The notes under the pieces are model-generated. The model saw only the letters and a list, made by a program, of their open reading frames with translations. It was not told the DNA's origin and did no database searches. DNA of 63,215 nt, counting the filler, from Conidiobolus incongruus B7586 (Eukaryota): assembly GCA_000697335.1 (NCBI GenBank). It is 6 parts of 6 records of this genome, joined end to end, with 100 filler letters (N's around TTAATTAATTAA, not from the genome) between each part and the next. Parts side by side here need not be neighbours in the genome. Positions count along the whole stretch, not along the records: positions 33,921 to 49,310 come from JNEM01007300.1; positions 49,411 to 57,658 come from JNEM01007303.1; 4 more parts are not named here. One strand, 5' to 3'. Both the position numbers and the translations under genes were made by a program. This document shows, one piece after another, positions 40,058-53,448 of the stretch. Each line of letters opens with the position of its first letter. Position 1 is the first letter of the stretch.

Positions 40058-40639
40058 ATGGAATTTAATGATAATAATAAAAAAGAAAATATTAATACGA
40101 GTAACTCACTACTAATCGATTTCGACGATGATCAAACGACGAGGCCTTTAACCCCAATTATTGTATCTGATTCCAATAACTTTAACCAAAATGAAAATTC
40201 TCCACAATTGAGTCAACCTTGGAAGTAATAACTAATAATATAAATATATGTTTTTATTATTTAACAGAATATTTTAGAACGAGTTCTCTACCTCCAACGC
40301 CAACTCAAATGCCAGCTAATTTTCCCAGAATGGTGAAGTCACCAACATTAAAGAGGAATATAGTACAAAAGGAAGAAATTATCAAGTAAATATCTCTTCA
40401 TAATATACACCACATAATTTATAATAACACTAAGCACTAGGTCAATACAAGCAAAACAAAAGCAATTACAAGGTAATTTTTAACGTCCTGTAGTATTCAA
40501 AAATATTAATATATTAATAGAAAATTTAAATATATTAAATCAATTACAAAAACAAAACAAACTGGAAGAAAAGAATTTAGATTTATTGAAGAATTATGTT
40601 AATAATATTTTAAATTTTAATTTAGTTAAATTGAAATAA
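40058..40639 (+). CDS. Short coiled-coil protein (SCOC/Slo1-like), 4 exons
   Basis: Three GT-AG introns give a continuous frame ending QKEEIIK|SIQAKQKQLQ|ENLNILNQLQKQNKLEEKNLDLLKNYVNNIL, similar to the SCOC L..YI.NL ending. Confidence 0.6.
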
Positions 40640-40897
40640 ATGCGTAAATATTTATTGGCTGTAGAGAGATTTAGTATGTTAGATATGCCAGTTAATTTAA
40701 ATGTATTGGATAAGGTGATAGAAAAATATTTAATTTTAATATATAAATTATTAATGGAAAGAAAAACAATATAAGTGAATTAATTGTATTTCATTAATAC
40801 TCAAATTAAAATAATAAGGAATTAAAGAAAAAATTAGAAACTATTGTGACTTTGGTGAATGTTCAAAATAGATTATATTGTTATTGGGTGAAGATAT

Positions 40898-40979
40898 GGA
40901 CAGATGGCCGAGTGGTCTAAGGCGCCACGTTAAGGCCGTGGTCTCTTCGGAGGCGAGAGTTCGAACCTCTCTCTGTTCA
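40898..40979 (+). tRNA. tRNA-Leu(AAG)
   Basis: GGACAGATGGCCGAGTGGTCTAAGGCGCCACGTTAAGGCCGTGGTCTCTTCGGAGGCGAGAGTTCGAACCTCTCTCTGTTCA; anticodon AAG, variable arm, downstream T-run terminator. Confidence 0.96.
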
Positions 40980-42427
40980 TATCCATTTTTTATATATTTT
41001 ATTCATATCATAGTACAACTGTGAACAAGAATTTAGCACACCCAAATATTTTTGTTTTGCTGAATCATAATATCTTACTAAAATTGAAATATTACATGTA
41101 ACTATAAATAATTTTAAAACAAAGAATTAATTACAATATGAATATATATTACTACATTCATCCACAATACTTCAATTATATTTTGAAATATGTATTATTT
41201 TATTATCACGTATAATCATGAATTAAAACCAGTTTATTTAACATATTGAAATCTATATATTATTCAGAAAATGATGATTTTATTCCTAGCTTTTTTAGAA
41301 TCAAATACCTCTTTCGAAGAGATATCAAAAATTTTGTCTGAGTTTCTATATAATAAGAATAAAATTTCATAGATGATTTCCCTTAATTTTTTTTATATTT
41401 TTTAAATAATATTATTTATATTGATATTTTTGTTGAATTCCTCTTATTAAGAATATATGGTTATATCTTTTTGAATTTTCTTTAATTGTTCATCAATTTT
41501 CTAATATTCAGAAATGAATGATTTAAAAGAGAAAATATATGACTTTATATATGCATAAAATCGAAATAATTGACATTATATATTTTAAAACTTTGATATA
41601 TTGTGTGTATTTTTATAAAATAATCACTACAAAGTAATATATATTGCGTTATGTATATATGGCTCTAAAATAAACTTGCCAATAACACTAAAAGTTTAAA
41701 TAAACTCACTTAAATTTGACCAAAATAATATTAATATTTTGTATTTATCACTCCTTTAAAAACTTTGATATTAAAATTTTTTTAATGTAATTAAAGATAT
41801 TCTTAATATTATGTTATATCAATAACTGCACTTAATTACAAAATTAAACAGAGATTTCCAATATTTGCCTTGAGTCAAAATTTGTATTATTATAAAGTAA
41901 AAATATTCAATAAATACATAACAATACTTTATATTTTTATAGAAACTCGATATATTTATATTTTCAGTTATTACATAATAATGAAAGAGATAAAACCAAT
42001 TTGATGGATTTCGAGGACTAACTCAAGTATAACAATAAAATGTATGTGATGATTCTTCAAATGAATTCACAAAATCTAATACTTGAAAAATGTCAAAAAT
42101 TGATATCAACTATATAAATTTGAAAATGGGTTTCTACATGAATCCTTAAATGAATTCCAAATTGTGATTATGAAAAAGAAATTGGTAAATTCAAACAATT
42201 TATAATGAATACAGAGTCAAATTAAAAGTTCTAAAAACGAAGCTTGTATTCATGTAAAATATACAAATAGATTTCTGATACAAAGAATGTAAAAATATTA
42301 CGTTTTAATATCAAATGAAATTTTAAAATATGAAACTGAACTCATACAAATGGCAGAAATGTCCAATTTCATTTATATTTTAATTACATGTATATTTATA
42401 ATGATGTTGATCTAATAATTAAATAAT

Positions 42428-44186
42428 TTAAAGACTAGAGAAGATGCGATAAAAGAGGGCTGGATTCATATCGTCCCTGGAGATCACATTGTAAATGACT
42501 CGGAAGTGGACGCTTGCCAATTTTCCTGGGAACCAAAAATTCACAAAACTGAGGATCAATGCATAAGACAAAATTGAGTTGAATTGATCTTGAGTACACT
42601 TTCGAGCAAATGGCTTTTCGTTATCTCTGAATGTATCGATCACTTTTTGGAATTCTTCGTATAATGGAATATACGTAAAGATTAAAGGGTTTGCGGAGGC
42701 AGCTGTATTGGCGTAGTAGTTGTAGCGAGATACAAAGACTCCAAGTCGAATATAACTGTATGTACCCTCATCAGACAGGCTTTCCAATTCATCAGGTGTA
42801 AACTGCAGGATATTGTTAACTTCATCGAATAGTTTTTTAACGAGTAAATCGGGCTTTTCTTGATCTAGTAAGGTAGACACTACATCGTTGTTAGGAGATT
42901 TTTCAATCTGCTTTCTGAGAATGTAGAAGGCTTTTGAAGTAGTCTCAGATATATTGAAGATTTTAGAAATAGAATTTACATTGAACGAATTATTCATGAT
43001 TGTTTTAGTACTAGAATATTGTGGAATGGGGCAAGGGAGCTTATTGGTACGAGTAGGTCTAACAAGCTTAGGTGCAGGTAACTGCGGGAGGCTATCCGAT
43101 CTTAAATCTCTCAATGATTTTTTAGATTTTGGTCTTCCAGTATGTAGTACATTGGAAGATTGCGCTAGAGACTGACTAGTTATATTGTGCTGAGCCTGGT
43201 TCAAAGTAGGCTGATTTAAAGTAGATTTTGGTTGAGATTGTGGTGCAGGTGTATTATTGGTAGAAAGGACGGGTTGGGTTGGAGTAAGTTGGGTAGCTTG
43301 AGGTTTGTTATTTGTAGTATTTGTAATCATTGGCTGAGTAGTGGTCATAGATGGGGTAGAGCATAATACAGAGGGTTTTTGAACAGGACGAGGTGTAATG
43401 GAACGAAATTTCGACTGATTTTCTGGAGGATTCGAAGGATTTGGTCTTTTAGGGGGAGGATCAGATATTGATGGTAGTTGAATGTGAACACCATTAGCAC
43501 TAGAATGAACCTTTTTATTTTGTATTAATGGTTTGGTATGCATGGATGAGGGTTGATTTCCATTTACTACACTTGAATTTTGCTGAGTTACTTTAATATT
43601 CGTATTAGGCATTGATCGAGAATCGGGTTGGGAATAAGTTTGAACTGAGGATTGACTTTGTGCTCGAGTTTGAACTTGAATAGTCTTACCTTTAAGTGAG
43701 TCAGGCTGATTGCTTGGCTTGGAAGAGTTTGAGGGTATGTCGCGACTGCCATTTTCAATTTTATTTGAGTTTGATTCAGATTTACTATTTGTAATATTTG
43801 TTTTCCCGTTATCAGAAGATGAACCAAAAATTTCTAATTGGGATAAACAAATAAATAAATAATGTAAAAAATTGTTAATTTTAAAATATTTTATTAGTTG
43901 AGTACAAATATAAATCAAAATGAAATTCGAGTAATGAAAAAATAAAAATATTATAAAAAATCGGGATTGAAAAACCAAAAAATCACTTACCATCAGGCTG
44001 ATTAGGAGGACCCAAATTTTGAGAATCGATGATATAGTTCGAATTATCATAATTCAAAATTAAAGGTGCTGGGTTCAATTTCATGCCTCTCTCTTGAAGT
44101 ACTTGCATAATAGCTCTGACAAACACTTTAACTTTATTTGGATCCTTAGGGATAATATCCCAATTTTCCTGTGATTTATCTGTCAT
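42428..44186 (-). CDS. Unknown protein, 2 exons, long S/T/P/Q/N-rich middle and helical C-terminal domain
   Basis: Exon 1 MTDKSQENWDII...PNQPD G|gtaagt (~43990) splices to ttag|AA ATT TTT GGT (~43834), in frame with the 540-aa ORF. That ORF's hydrophobic start is intron sequence. Confidence 0.75.
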
Positions 44187-45579
44187 TTTAATATTATGAA
44201 TGCAGTATTTGTATTTAAAAAATAAGATTATAATATAGTTAGATTGAATGAATGATGAAGGCTTTTATTAGACCTAAGAACGAATAAAAGCGATATTTTG
44301 CAGAATATATTGATCCGTAACTTGTGGGATCCATCCAAAGGTTATGTTCCAGAGTTAAGAGTTCTTGTTTGTATTGGGAGTTATTAGGGCTAAAGAAATA
44401 ACAGTATACTCAAGAGTGGGAGGAGATTGTAAATGGTATTATGGAGTATGGAATGGGGTTAGCAGTTTAAGGACTTATTAAGGTCCAATATATTTAGATA
44501 TTGAATTAAGTATTTTTATAGATTTATTTTGGATATTTTATCATTATGGGTTTAATTGAATATCAACAATTTAGTAGTAAAATCAGAGTTAAATAAATTA
44601 ATTTGATCTGAGAAAACAATATTTAAAATTAGAAATATCCAAATTTAATTCAGTTATAAAAATCTTATAGTAAGTGATAAGATATATAAATGAACAAAGT
44701 TAATACTATAAGCATTTGTATTCATTGTGCCAATCATATGCATAATAAGTAAATTTTCAAACATGATGAATTTTTTACCCCTTTTATTTATATAAAATAA
44801 ATAATTATTTAATCTAATATTATTGTAAATATTTTGTAAATATTTTATAAAAATTAACTATATCTCAAAATTATAATCTCCAGTTTAAATTAAAAGTTTA
44901 TAATTTGAACAAAGCTTCTATTAGCAAAAGTTTCAAAATTCTGAACTCTTTCAACAACATTATCAATTATAGATATATAATATTTTTAACATTTTTATAA
45001 ATCACTAATTATATTCGTAATATATTAACTGATTTAATCTTTCCCATTCTTAATATCAGATTAATAAGTTTTACTAATGATATGATATATATTCCTATAA
45101 TTCAAAATTAATAATTGTTTTATATAATCTATTATAAGAATCATACGGGTCATTAATAGATCGCGAGTCATTATTATCTAGAAACTCTGGCTTTAAAAAG
45201 TCAATTATATATTTACATCATCTATTTTCTTTGATTACGAATAAAACATTAAACATTACTAATATTATCAGATATTCAATAATTTGATTAATATTAGCAA
45301 TCTTATAATATATAGAATTAACAAGAATTCTAAATATTATGATTTATTTAGGATATTTACATATATTGTTTACAGTTTTAAAAACAAAAAATGACAAATA
45401 ACATTTATAAACAACATACATAATAGAATATTAAATTAATAAACTTTATAGTTAAATAAGATAAAATTCATATTTGAATAATTCAATGATCCATCAATGT
45501 CATAATAATTATAATTGAATATAAAACAATAATATTTAAAATAGCTACATTCATAATTTTTATAAAAAATGCCCTATAA

Positions 45580-46816
45580 TTATTGATGTTTAGCCTAGAA
45601 AAAGTGGATTAAAATAATTAATTTAATGTAAAATTTTTAAAATTTACTTGATAGATTCCAGTGTAATAACCTGCATAATACCACGCCATAATCATATTCA
45701 TCATTGAATCATCCATAGGTTCTAATAAGGTTCAAAATGTTGAATATAGATTTTAATTAAATATATTGCATATTTACCTTGAGCAGTTGGGAATGGATTG
45801 AATGTCTGGTTTTGATATTCGGGATACTAATGAATGAGAATTATATAACCTAGTTGTAAAATTATCAAATTTAAATATATACCTGGTAATAATTTGGATG
45901 TGTCTGATCTTGATCTTCAGTGGGTTGCTCTATGTCATTAGATGATTCGATAGGAGGTTGATTAATTGTTTGTTTTTCAATATTAGAAGTTTCAATAGTT
46001 AGTTCTTGAACAACAGAGGATTCGATTGTTTGTTCCTGAATATTAGAAGATTCAACCTGAGATACTTGGGTTGGCTTGGAGCGACTTTGTAAAGATAACT
46101 TTATCCTTTTTGCAGATTCTTGGTTGTTCTCATTAATATCATTATTATTCAATTCATCCTAACTCAAATTAATATATCAAAAATATTACAAAAATTAGCT
46201 GAATATTTACAATATCAATTTCATCCTGATTGTTAAAGATTATAGCTATATATATATTAGATTATAAATACTGTAAGTTTAATAAGTCGAGTAGTGATGT
46301 TGTATACCTTGGGGTTGAAGTTGATTTTGACTAGGATTATCCATCTTATTTTTATTTTTGCTCTTTTTTTTCTTATTATTTTTATTCTTTTCTTTCCAAC
46401 TTTGCTATTTATATTTAGATTACAAACTTTAATATCATTAATATTCAAATGCAATTACTTGTCTAAAAGATGAAATTAAATAATGTATTCTTATGGAATA
46501 TATTGGTTATCCATTACCTGTCTACTTCTTCAATAGGTTTACCATTTATATACTTTTCTATGAATTCTCGTTTAGCTGTGTCCCAAATTTCAATTAATTC
46601 ACTATCGTCCCAAGCATCTTTGTCTGTTAAATCAACGCAATGCGTGGGTTGGCTTTGCTGAGCTATTTCCTTTAAATTTCAATTACATTAGTGTGATGAA
46701 AATATATTCAAAAATGTATTTACTTCTTCAGGTACAATTTCATATTCTAAATGATGAGAGGGTCTTTTTAATACTTCATATACTTCATTATTATCATTAT
46801 GGGTAGATTGGCTCAT
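45580..46816 (-). CDS. SMN1: Survival motor neuron (SMN) homolog, 9 exons
   Basis: Gemin2-binding motif DAWDDSELIEIWDTAKREF and C-terminal YG box MMNMIMAWYYAGYYTGIYQ. Eight GT-AG introns of typical size give one continuous frame. Confidence 0.9.
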
Positions 46817-47871
46817 TTTAATTATTGGCTAATAGAATTCAGTAAACTTAACTTCATCATGAATTCATATCTACATATATTAATACTTTAATCCTATTAA
46901 AAAAAATTATGGGAATTTTATTTAATTTTCTAACTTTATGTTATGGTTGAATAATGAATTAAAATCAAATAGATAATTTTAAAATGGATAAAGTTACTAC
47001 TGTATAAATGAATTTATCATTTTGTAATTTAAATAAAAATATTTCTTCATTGTTGTAATTATAATCGTAGTAATTATTGTACATTTATTTTGCTTGATTA
47101 ACAAGTAAAACTAATGAAAATTATATAGATTGGTTATTGATATATATTTTCTCGAAATATGATTTCAAGTTGAGAAATTTTTACTCCTACTTCATTTTTA
47201 TTATTAGTAAAATTATTCATAATACAACTATTAGATTATTTAATCACCTTAAATTAATATGAGAAAGTTAGGTTGTAATATATTGAAACCATAATGGTTT
47301 AAAAATGTGACTTGTATCTCAGACCCAGAGCTATAATATACCAGTTTATGACTATATTTTTGTTAAGGTATTTTTCAACTATATTTTTTTTAAATCTGAT
47401 TATTAGTTATCAAAAATTACATTATATGATTTTGATATTTATATCACTGAGTTTTGTAAAATATTTTGATCATAAAATTTTTATCATCTAACAACTGATA
47501 TTATTTTGATATTGTCGCATCCTGTTCCTTCGGATAAACAAGATTAAGGAACCAGTCCCGTGAATCATCACAAGGACACACATTGCACAGCTACATCCCT
47601 GCAAACTCTTAAAATACCTTTAAATATACCAGTAGCTTCTATCATGGAAGCTTGATTTTGGTTCATATTCAAAATTCACAACTCTAATACCAACTATCCT
47701 CTCCCATATCTAACACTTCCAAATGTAACCCCTCTGCCTTGGTGTTACTTAAATCACCCACTAATTTATCACTAGTCATACCATACTACTCACTTATCTG
47801 AATAATAAAATCTATTCTGCTACAATTTCTTTTCTTATTTAGCTTTACTCACTATTACATAATTTTATAAT

Positions 47872-48126
47872 ATGTCTCTCATTCGTTCTAATCTCCCCAA
47901 TTTACAGTTAATCCCATATGATGAACCCAATCGGATGGCCATTGCGACCCAACTGGTCCTCATGGCCCCTAGAGTTGTAGATCACATAGTCACTTATATC
48001 TCCGACCATCATGGCGAAATATTAGAGCTGGCATTGATACCCCTAGCTAATCTCGTTACAGATATATTCAATAAAAATAATATATTAACTATAAAAATTA
48101 AGTTGTATACATCTGCTTACTATTGA
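47872..48126 (+). CDS. Possible small protein (84 aa), unknown
   Basis: ATG ORF whose first ~65 codons are GC-richer than background, preceded by a pyrimidine-rich leader. No family recognised. Confidence 0.4.
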   Translation: MSLIRSNLPNLQLIPYDEPNRMAIATQLVLMAPRVVDHIVTYISDHHGEILELALIPLANLVTDIFNKNNILTIKIKLYTSAYY

Positions 48127-48603
48127 ATTATATTGCGGTAATTATTAAATGTAAGTAACTGTCACACTGAATATAAAAAATATCCAAATAATTTTACTAG
48201 TGTGATAATTTGAAGTTGAATACATTGATAAAATTTGTAAACTCAAAATACTGTTCAAAATATAAAAATGAAATTATATAAACTACACATATCAAAATAT
48301 AAAAATTAAAGTATAGTGTTTATTAGAAATTGAAAGTCACTTTGAAAAATAAGTTGGAATATATTTAATAGTGTAAAAGTATTTAGAAAATAATTTATAT
48401 TTTCAGTTATAAAAAATTAAATATAAATAATAACTAATTTATAAAATAATTGATGGAATTACATAAATAAATCTATTGCTCAATATGTTAGTTTTATATG
48501 AAACAAAAGGGTGTAGATGATTAGTTTACTAAATATGGTAATGAAGATTATTTAAAATCTGGTTTTAAACTCTCAGAATAAACTATATTATTCAACTGAT
48601 TTG

Positions 48604-49300
48604 TTAGTTACGGTAGGTGTTCTTATTTTGGAGCTGGGAAGCTTGAAGGGATTCAATTTCAGCTTCTAACTGGCGAACAACTACATGTTCAACTTCCAAA
48701 TCACGATTTAATCTGTCTCTTTCAGCAATTAACTAAATAAAAATTCAATACCAAAATATATCATATTGTGCTAAATTAAATTTTACCTTCAATTCCCACT
48801 GACGGAATCTAGCTTCTTCGATTCTAACCTGTTCAGTAAACTTGCGACGTAGAGCTTCTTCTTCTTCCTTGAATTTAGGATTTTCATTCTTTTTCCTAGA
48901 TAAATGAAATTAGGATACAAGTAGTATATAATGTATGTGGTCATTACTTATCAGCTCCTCCTTGTTCCAAATAAGAAGTCTTAAATTTATCATAATGGAA
49001 TTCATCAGTGGTGTTAATTAATTCCAACATGTGAGTTCTAATATAATCAATATTTAATATTAATCTTGAATATATATTGTTTACAATATTACCTAATTAA
49101 CAAGTTTCTTAATTTGCGGAAATCACAGTGTGCGTCATTTTCAACTAATATCGTAATGAATAAATGCTATAAGATAAATTCTGTAAAATAGTAAATGTAC
49201 CTTGAACAACACCCCAAGGATACTGACGTCCTCTGACTAGGGTACCATCTTCTAACTTGACATTTTCTTCACTTCCGATAACGGCAAATGGCATAGCGTC
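48604..49300 (-). CDS. CDC12: Septin Cdc12, 3' five exons (5' part lost in gap)
   Basis: [79 protein letters not shown]. Confidence 0.93.
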
Positions 49301-49310
49301 CTATTATAAA

Positions 49311-49410
49311 NNNNNNNNNNNNNNNNNNNNNNNNNNNNNNNNNNNNNNNNNNNNTTAATTAATTAANNNNNNNNNNNNNNNNNNNNNNNNNNNNNNNNNN
49401 NNNNNNNNNN
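49311..49410. other. Artificial contig spacer
   Basis: 44N-TTAATTAATTAA-44N. Confidence 0.97.
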
Positions 49411-51620
49411 ATTTAATATTATTATTGAATTTTAATTTATATTCAATAGTAAAAACTTAATATTAATTTCAACCTTTAGAATATAATAAATATAATATTT
49501 TAAATATCTTAATAAATATATATTAAAATAATTTTTACTCAAAATAATTAACAGGAATGTAACATATTATTTGGTTATTATTTATTATTCTATATTATAT
49601 AAATTCTTGTTTTTAAAAGTAATTACTATTATATTAAATTTTATATTATTATAATTTATACATAACAAATTTCATAAGTTTATTATAAAATTACAAATTT
49701 TTATTGAAGCAATGTAATTTGTTGTTTATTCAAATTTCAACATTTTAATATATTTGAAATCATTATTACTAGTTGGTTATTTTCACTGGACATTTAAAAG
49801 TAAAACTAAATAAGGAATTAATAAATAGACACTAATTATATAAAGTTGATAAAATGTATGTTATACTATCTTGACTACTGTATCATAAAATTTAGTCAAC
49901 TGTATCAATTTCTAAAGGTTCGATAATGGGTTTACCAATTTATAAATCATGATCCGGAACATTGATTTTTTTGATTGTTAATAAATTATTTACCAACATT
50001 ATAAACATAATGTATTTACCTAATACCTATAATAGTTTGTATAATAAATTAGCTCATTCAATATGAAAACAGGGAATATCAAAATATATTGAAGCTATAT
50101 TGCATGAAGTTACAAATCAAGTGATTTTCAAATGCAATTAGTATTTTATTATACTTATCAATCAATAGTCTGAAAATTCGTTGATTTAATATAATTGCGA
50201 AATTTTTGTTATAATTTGAAATTGTGAATTACTCATCTGACATCAATTAACAGAAAAATGTTCAATGATTAAAGATATATATAAGAAATTTTGTTTTAAT
50301 TAATTTAATATTAATATTTTTTTAATTTCAAGTTTTTAAAATAATTTTCAACCTCATCAAATATATATTTAATAATTTAGATTATAATATCAGAGTATAA
50401 AATGATATTTTTTATATTAAGATAAAATTCCTAAGTAAATATCACACTATTTGAAAATATAAATGGGTGCATAGTACCTTAATATTGTTATTTTTGCCAA
50501 TCAAATATGAAATTTACATATCAAAATTATATTATATCAAGCAAATATATGATTTATTATTAGAATTAGATTTTTTAATATTTCAAACCAAGTTATTATT
50601 ATCAAGAATATTTGATAAGTGTGATATTGATTGTTTCAATCAATAAATATCTTGTATAAAAACTAATAGAGATTATTCTATCATTATACATAAAGCTTGA
50701 GATGCAGGTAGTTGAACTTGGAGTATTTGAATAATTAGATCTTCTTTCTATAATATTTATACTGTGATTACTTACATAATAACCTGCCTGACCAACTTCA
50801 TCTTGTAATCTATTGCTTTATAGAGATGTAACTCCAGAATATCCTTCACATTACTTCAAGATCTCATTTTTCTGAAGACCTAATACACATTTTTATACTA
50901 TCTACGGTCGACGAATGATCCATAAAAGAACCATTGTCAGGATGCATTTTCATTATGACATTTGGTCTTCTGTGAAGTCCATTAAATCTTTAACAAGCGC
51001 TAAATAAAATACCTTAACCAAAACTACCTAACAAATCACAATCAAGCCACTGCCTTCTGTATTAATAACTTTTTACTAACAATTGGTAGAACAAAAATAT
51101 TATTCTAAATAAATCAATTAATTTTTAATGGTTGAGAGAAATATCGATTTTATATAGATTAGTTGAATAAATAAGTCAATTATTTATTGATATAATATTT
51201 TAATAATGAAAAAACACTTTAATCACGTTACATAAAATATTGATGTGAGTTTGAAATTTTAATTGATCATTTTAATTAAAATTCAATCATTGATTGTACA
51301 GTAAAAATAAGTGAATTAATATTAAATAAAATATATGTTATTAGAAATGGTTTAGGGATATAAAATTAATAAGTTATGGTAGTATTGAAATGATATAAAT
51401 AGGAGTTTTAAATAATATCAAAAATTTAGTAAATAATACATTAAAAATTATTTTAAATTAATTTTTATTAGTAAATGGATAGAATATTGATACAAAGTTC
51501 AACTTGTAAAATGAAATTTTATGATGGAATATAAATAAATTAAGTTAAAGATGTGTAGTAGTAAGACTAGTAGTTAGAGTAAATTCATCCTTGCTCAGTT
51601 GTTGATGGAATAGTTATTAT

Positions 51621-53448
51621 TTAGTAAGTAGGGTAACCAGGGTATTGGGAGGTAGGATAGACGGGGTAGACAGGAGTAATGGTAGTGGTCTTGACAGGGT
51701 AGGCATCAGTAGTGGTGGTAGTCTTGACAGGGTAGGCATCAGTAGTGGTAGTGGTCTTGACAGGGTAGGCATCAGTAGTGGTGGTAGTCTTGACAGGGTA
51801 GGCATCAGTAGTGGTAGTGGTCTTGACAGGGTAGGCATCAGTAGTAGTGGTAGTGGGCTTAACTAAGCGTAGGCATCAGTAGTGGTAGTGGTCTTGACAG
51901 GGTAGGCATCAGTAGTGGTGGTAGTCTTGACAGGGTAGGCATCAGTAGTGGTAGTGGTCTTGACAGGGTAGGCATCAGTAGTGGTGGTAGTCTTGACAGG
52001 GTAGGCATCAGTAGTGGTAGTGGTCTTGACAGGGTAGGCATCAGTAGTGGTGGTAGTCTTGACAGGGTAGGCATCAGTAGTGGTAGTGGTCTTGACAGGG
52101 TAGGCATCAGTAGTGGTGGTAGTCTTGACAGGGTAGGCATCAGTAGTGGTAGTGGTCTTGACAGGGTAGGCATCAGTAGTGGTGGTAGTCTTGACAGGGT
52201 AGGCATCAGTAGTGGTAGTGGTCTTGACAGGGTAGGCATCAGTAGTGGTAGTGGTCTTGACAGGGTAGGCATCAGTAGTAGTGGTAGTGGGCTTAACTAA
52301 GCATTTGGAAACAGTGATAGTCTTGACGCGGCATTTAGAGGGAGTGGTGGTAGTAGTAGTCTTGACGGGGTATTCGGGCTTGGTAGTGGTAGTGGTAGTC
52401 TTGACGGGGTATTCAGGCTTGGTGTGGTAGTGGTAGTCTTGACGGGGTATTCAGGCTTGGTGGTGGTAGTGGTAGTTTCACAAGGAGTGGTAGTAGTAGT
52501 CTTGACGGGGTATTCGGGCTTGGTAGTGGTAGTGGTAGTCTTGACGGGGTATTCAGGCTTGGTGGTGGTGGTAGTCTTGACGGGGTATTCAGGCTTGGTG
52601 GTGGTAGTGGTAGTTTCACAAGGAGTGGTAGTAGTAGTCTTGACGGGGTATTCGGGCTTGGTAGTGGTAGTGGTAGTCTTGACGGGGTATTCAGGCTTGG
52701 TGGTAGTGGTAGTCTTGACGGGGTATTCAGGCTTGGTGGTGGTAGTCTTGACAGGGTAGGCATCAGTAGTGGTGGTAGTCTTGACAGGGTAGGCATCAGT
52801 AGTGGTAGTGGTCTTGACAGGGTAGGCATCAGTAGTAGTGGTAGTGGGCTTAACTAAGCATTTGGAAACAGTGATAGTCTTGACGGGGTATTCGGGCTTG
52901 GTAGTGGTAGTGGTAGTCTTGACGGGGTATTCAGGCTTGGTGGTAGTGGTAGTCTTGACGGGGTATTCAGGCTTGGTGGTGGTAGTGGTAGTTTCACAAG
53001 GAGTAGTGGTAGTAGTCTTGACGGGGTATTCGGGCTTGGTGGTGGTAGTGGTTTCACAAGGAGTAGTGGTAGTAGTCTTGACGGGGTATTCAGGCTTAGT
53101 GGTAGTAGTAGTAGTGGGTTGGGTGGTGGTGGTCTTACCAGATTCACAAGGAGTAGTGGTAGTGGTAGTGGTGGTAGGTTGAGTAGTAGTGGTAGTAGTG
53201 GTAGTCTTAACAGGGTAGACGGGGTATTCGGGTTTGGTAGCGGTGGTAGTGGTGGTGGTCTTAACAGGGTAGACGGGGTATTCGGGTTTGATAGTGGTGG
53301 TAGTTTGGGTAGGGTACTCAGGTTGAGTAGTGGTAGTAGTTTTAACAGGGTAGACAGGATATTCTTGATATCCGTATTGAGGAAGAGAAGAAGCACTTCC
53401 AGCTAAGAGGGAAGCAGCAAGAACTGAGACAAGGTTGAATTTGGCCAT
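51621..53448 (-). CDS. Secreted Thr/Tyr/Pro-rich repeat protein (mucin/extensin-like); two frameshifts in the repeat as assembled
   Basis: Signal peptide MAKFNLVSVLAASLLAGSASS; units KPEYPVKTTTTT, TTPCETTTT and DAYPVKTTTTT; ends ...YPVYPTSQYPGYPTY* at 51621. Frame breaks near 52423 and 51868. Confidence 0.85.
51680..52275 (-). repeat. 33-bp coding tandem repeat with alternating A/B variants (66-bp higher-order unit)
   Basis: ggtaggcatcagtagtggtggtagtcttgacag mostly alternates with ggtaggcatcagtagtggtagtggtcttgacag. Confidence 0.93.

Noticed and set aside
51617..53406. Alternative-frame and antisense ORFs (MPTLSRPLPLL..., VVVVLTGYSG...)
   Set aside because: Shadows of the stop-poor coding repeat.
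51621..53448. Repeat array as CRISPR or as a Kex2-processed/RiPP peptide precursor
   Set aside because: No unique spacers or cas genes, no KR/RR cleavage sites and no adjacent tailoring enzymes; the units are in-frame codons.
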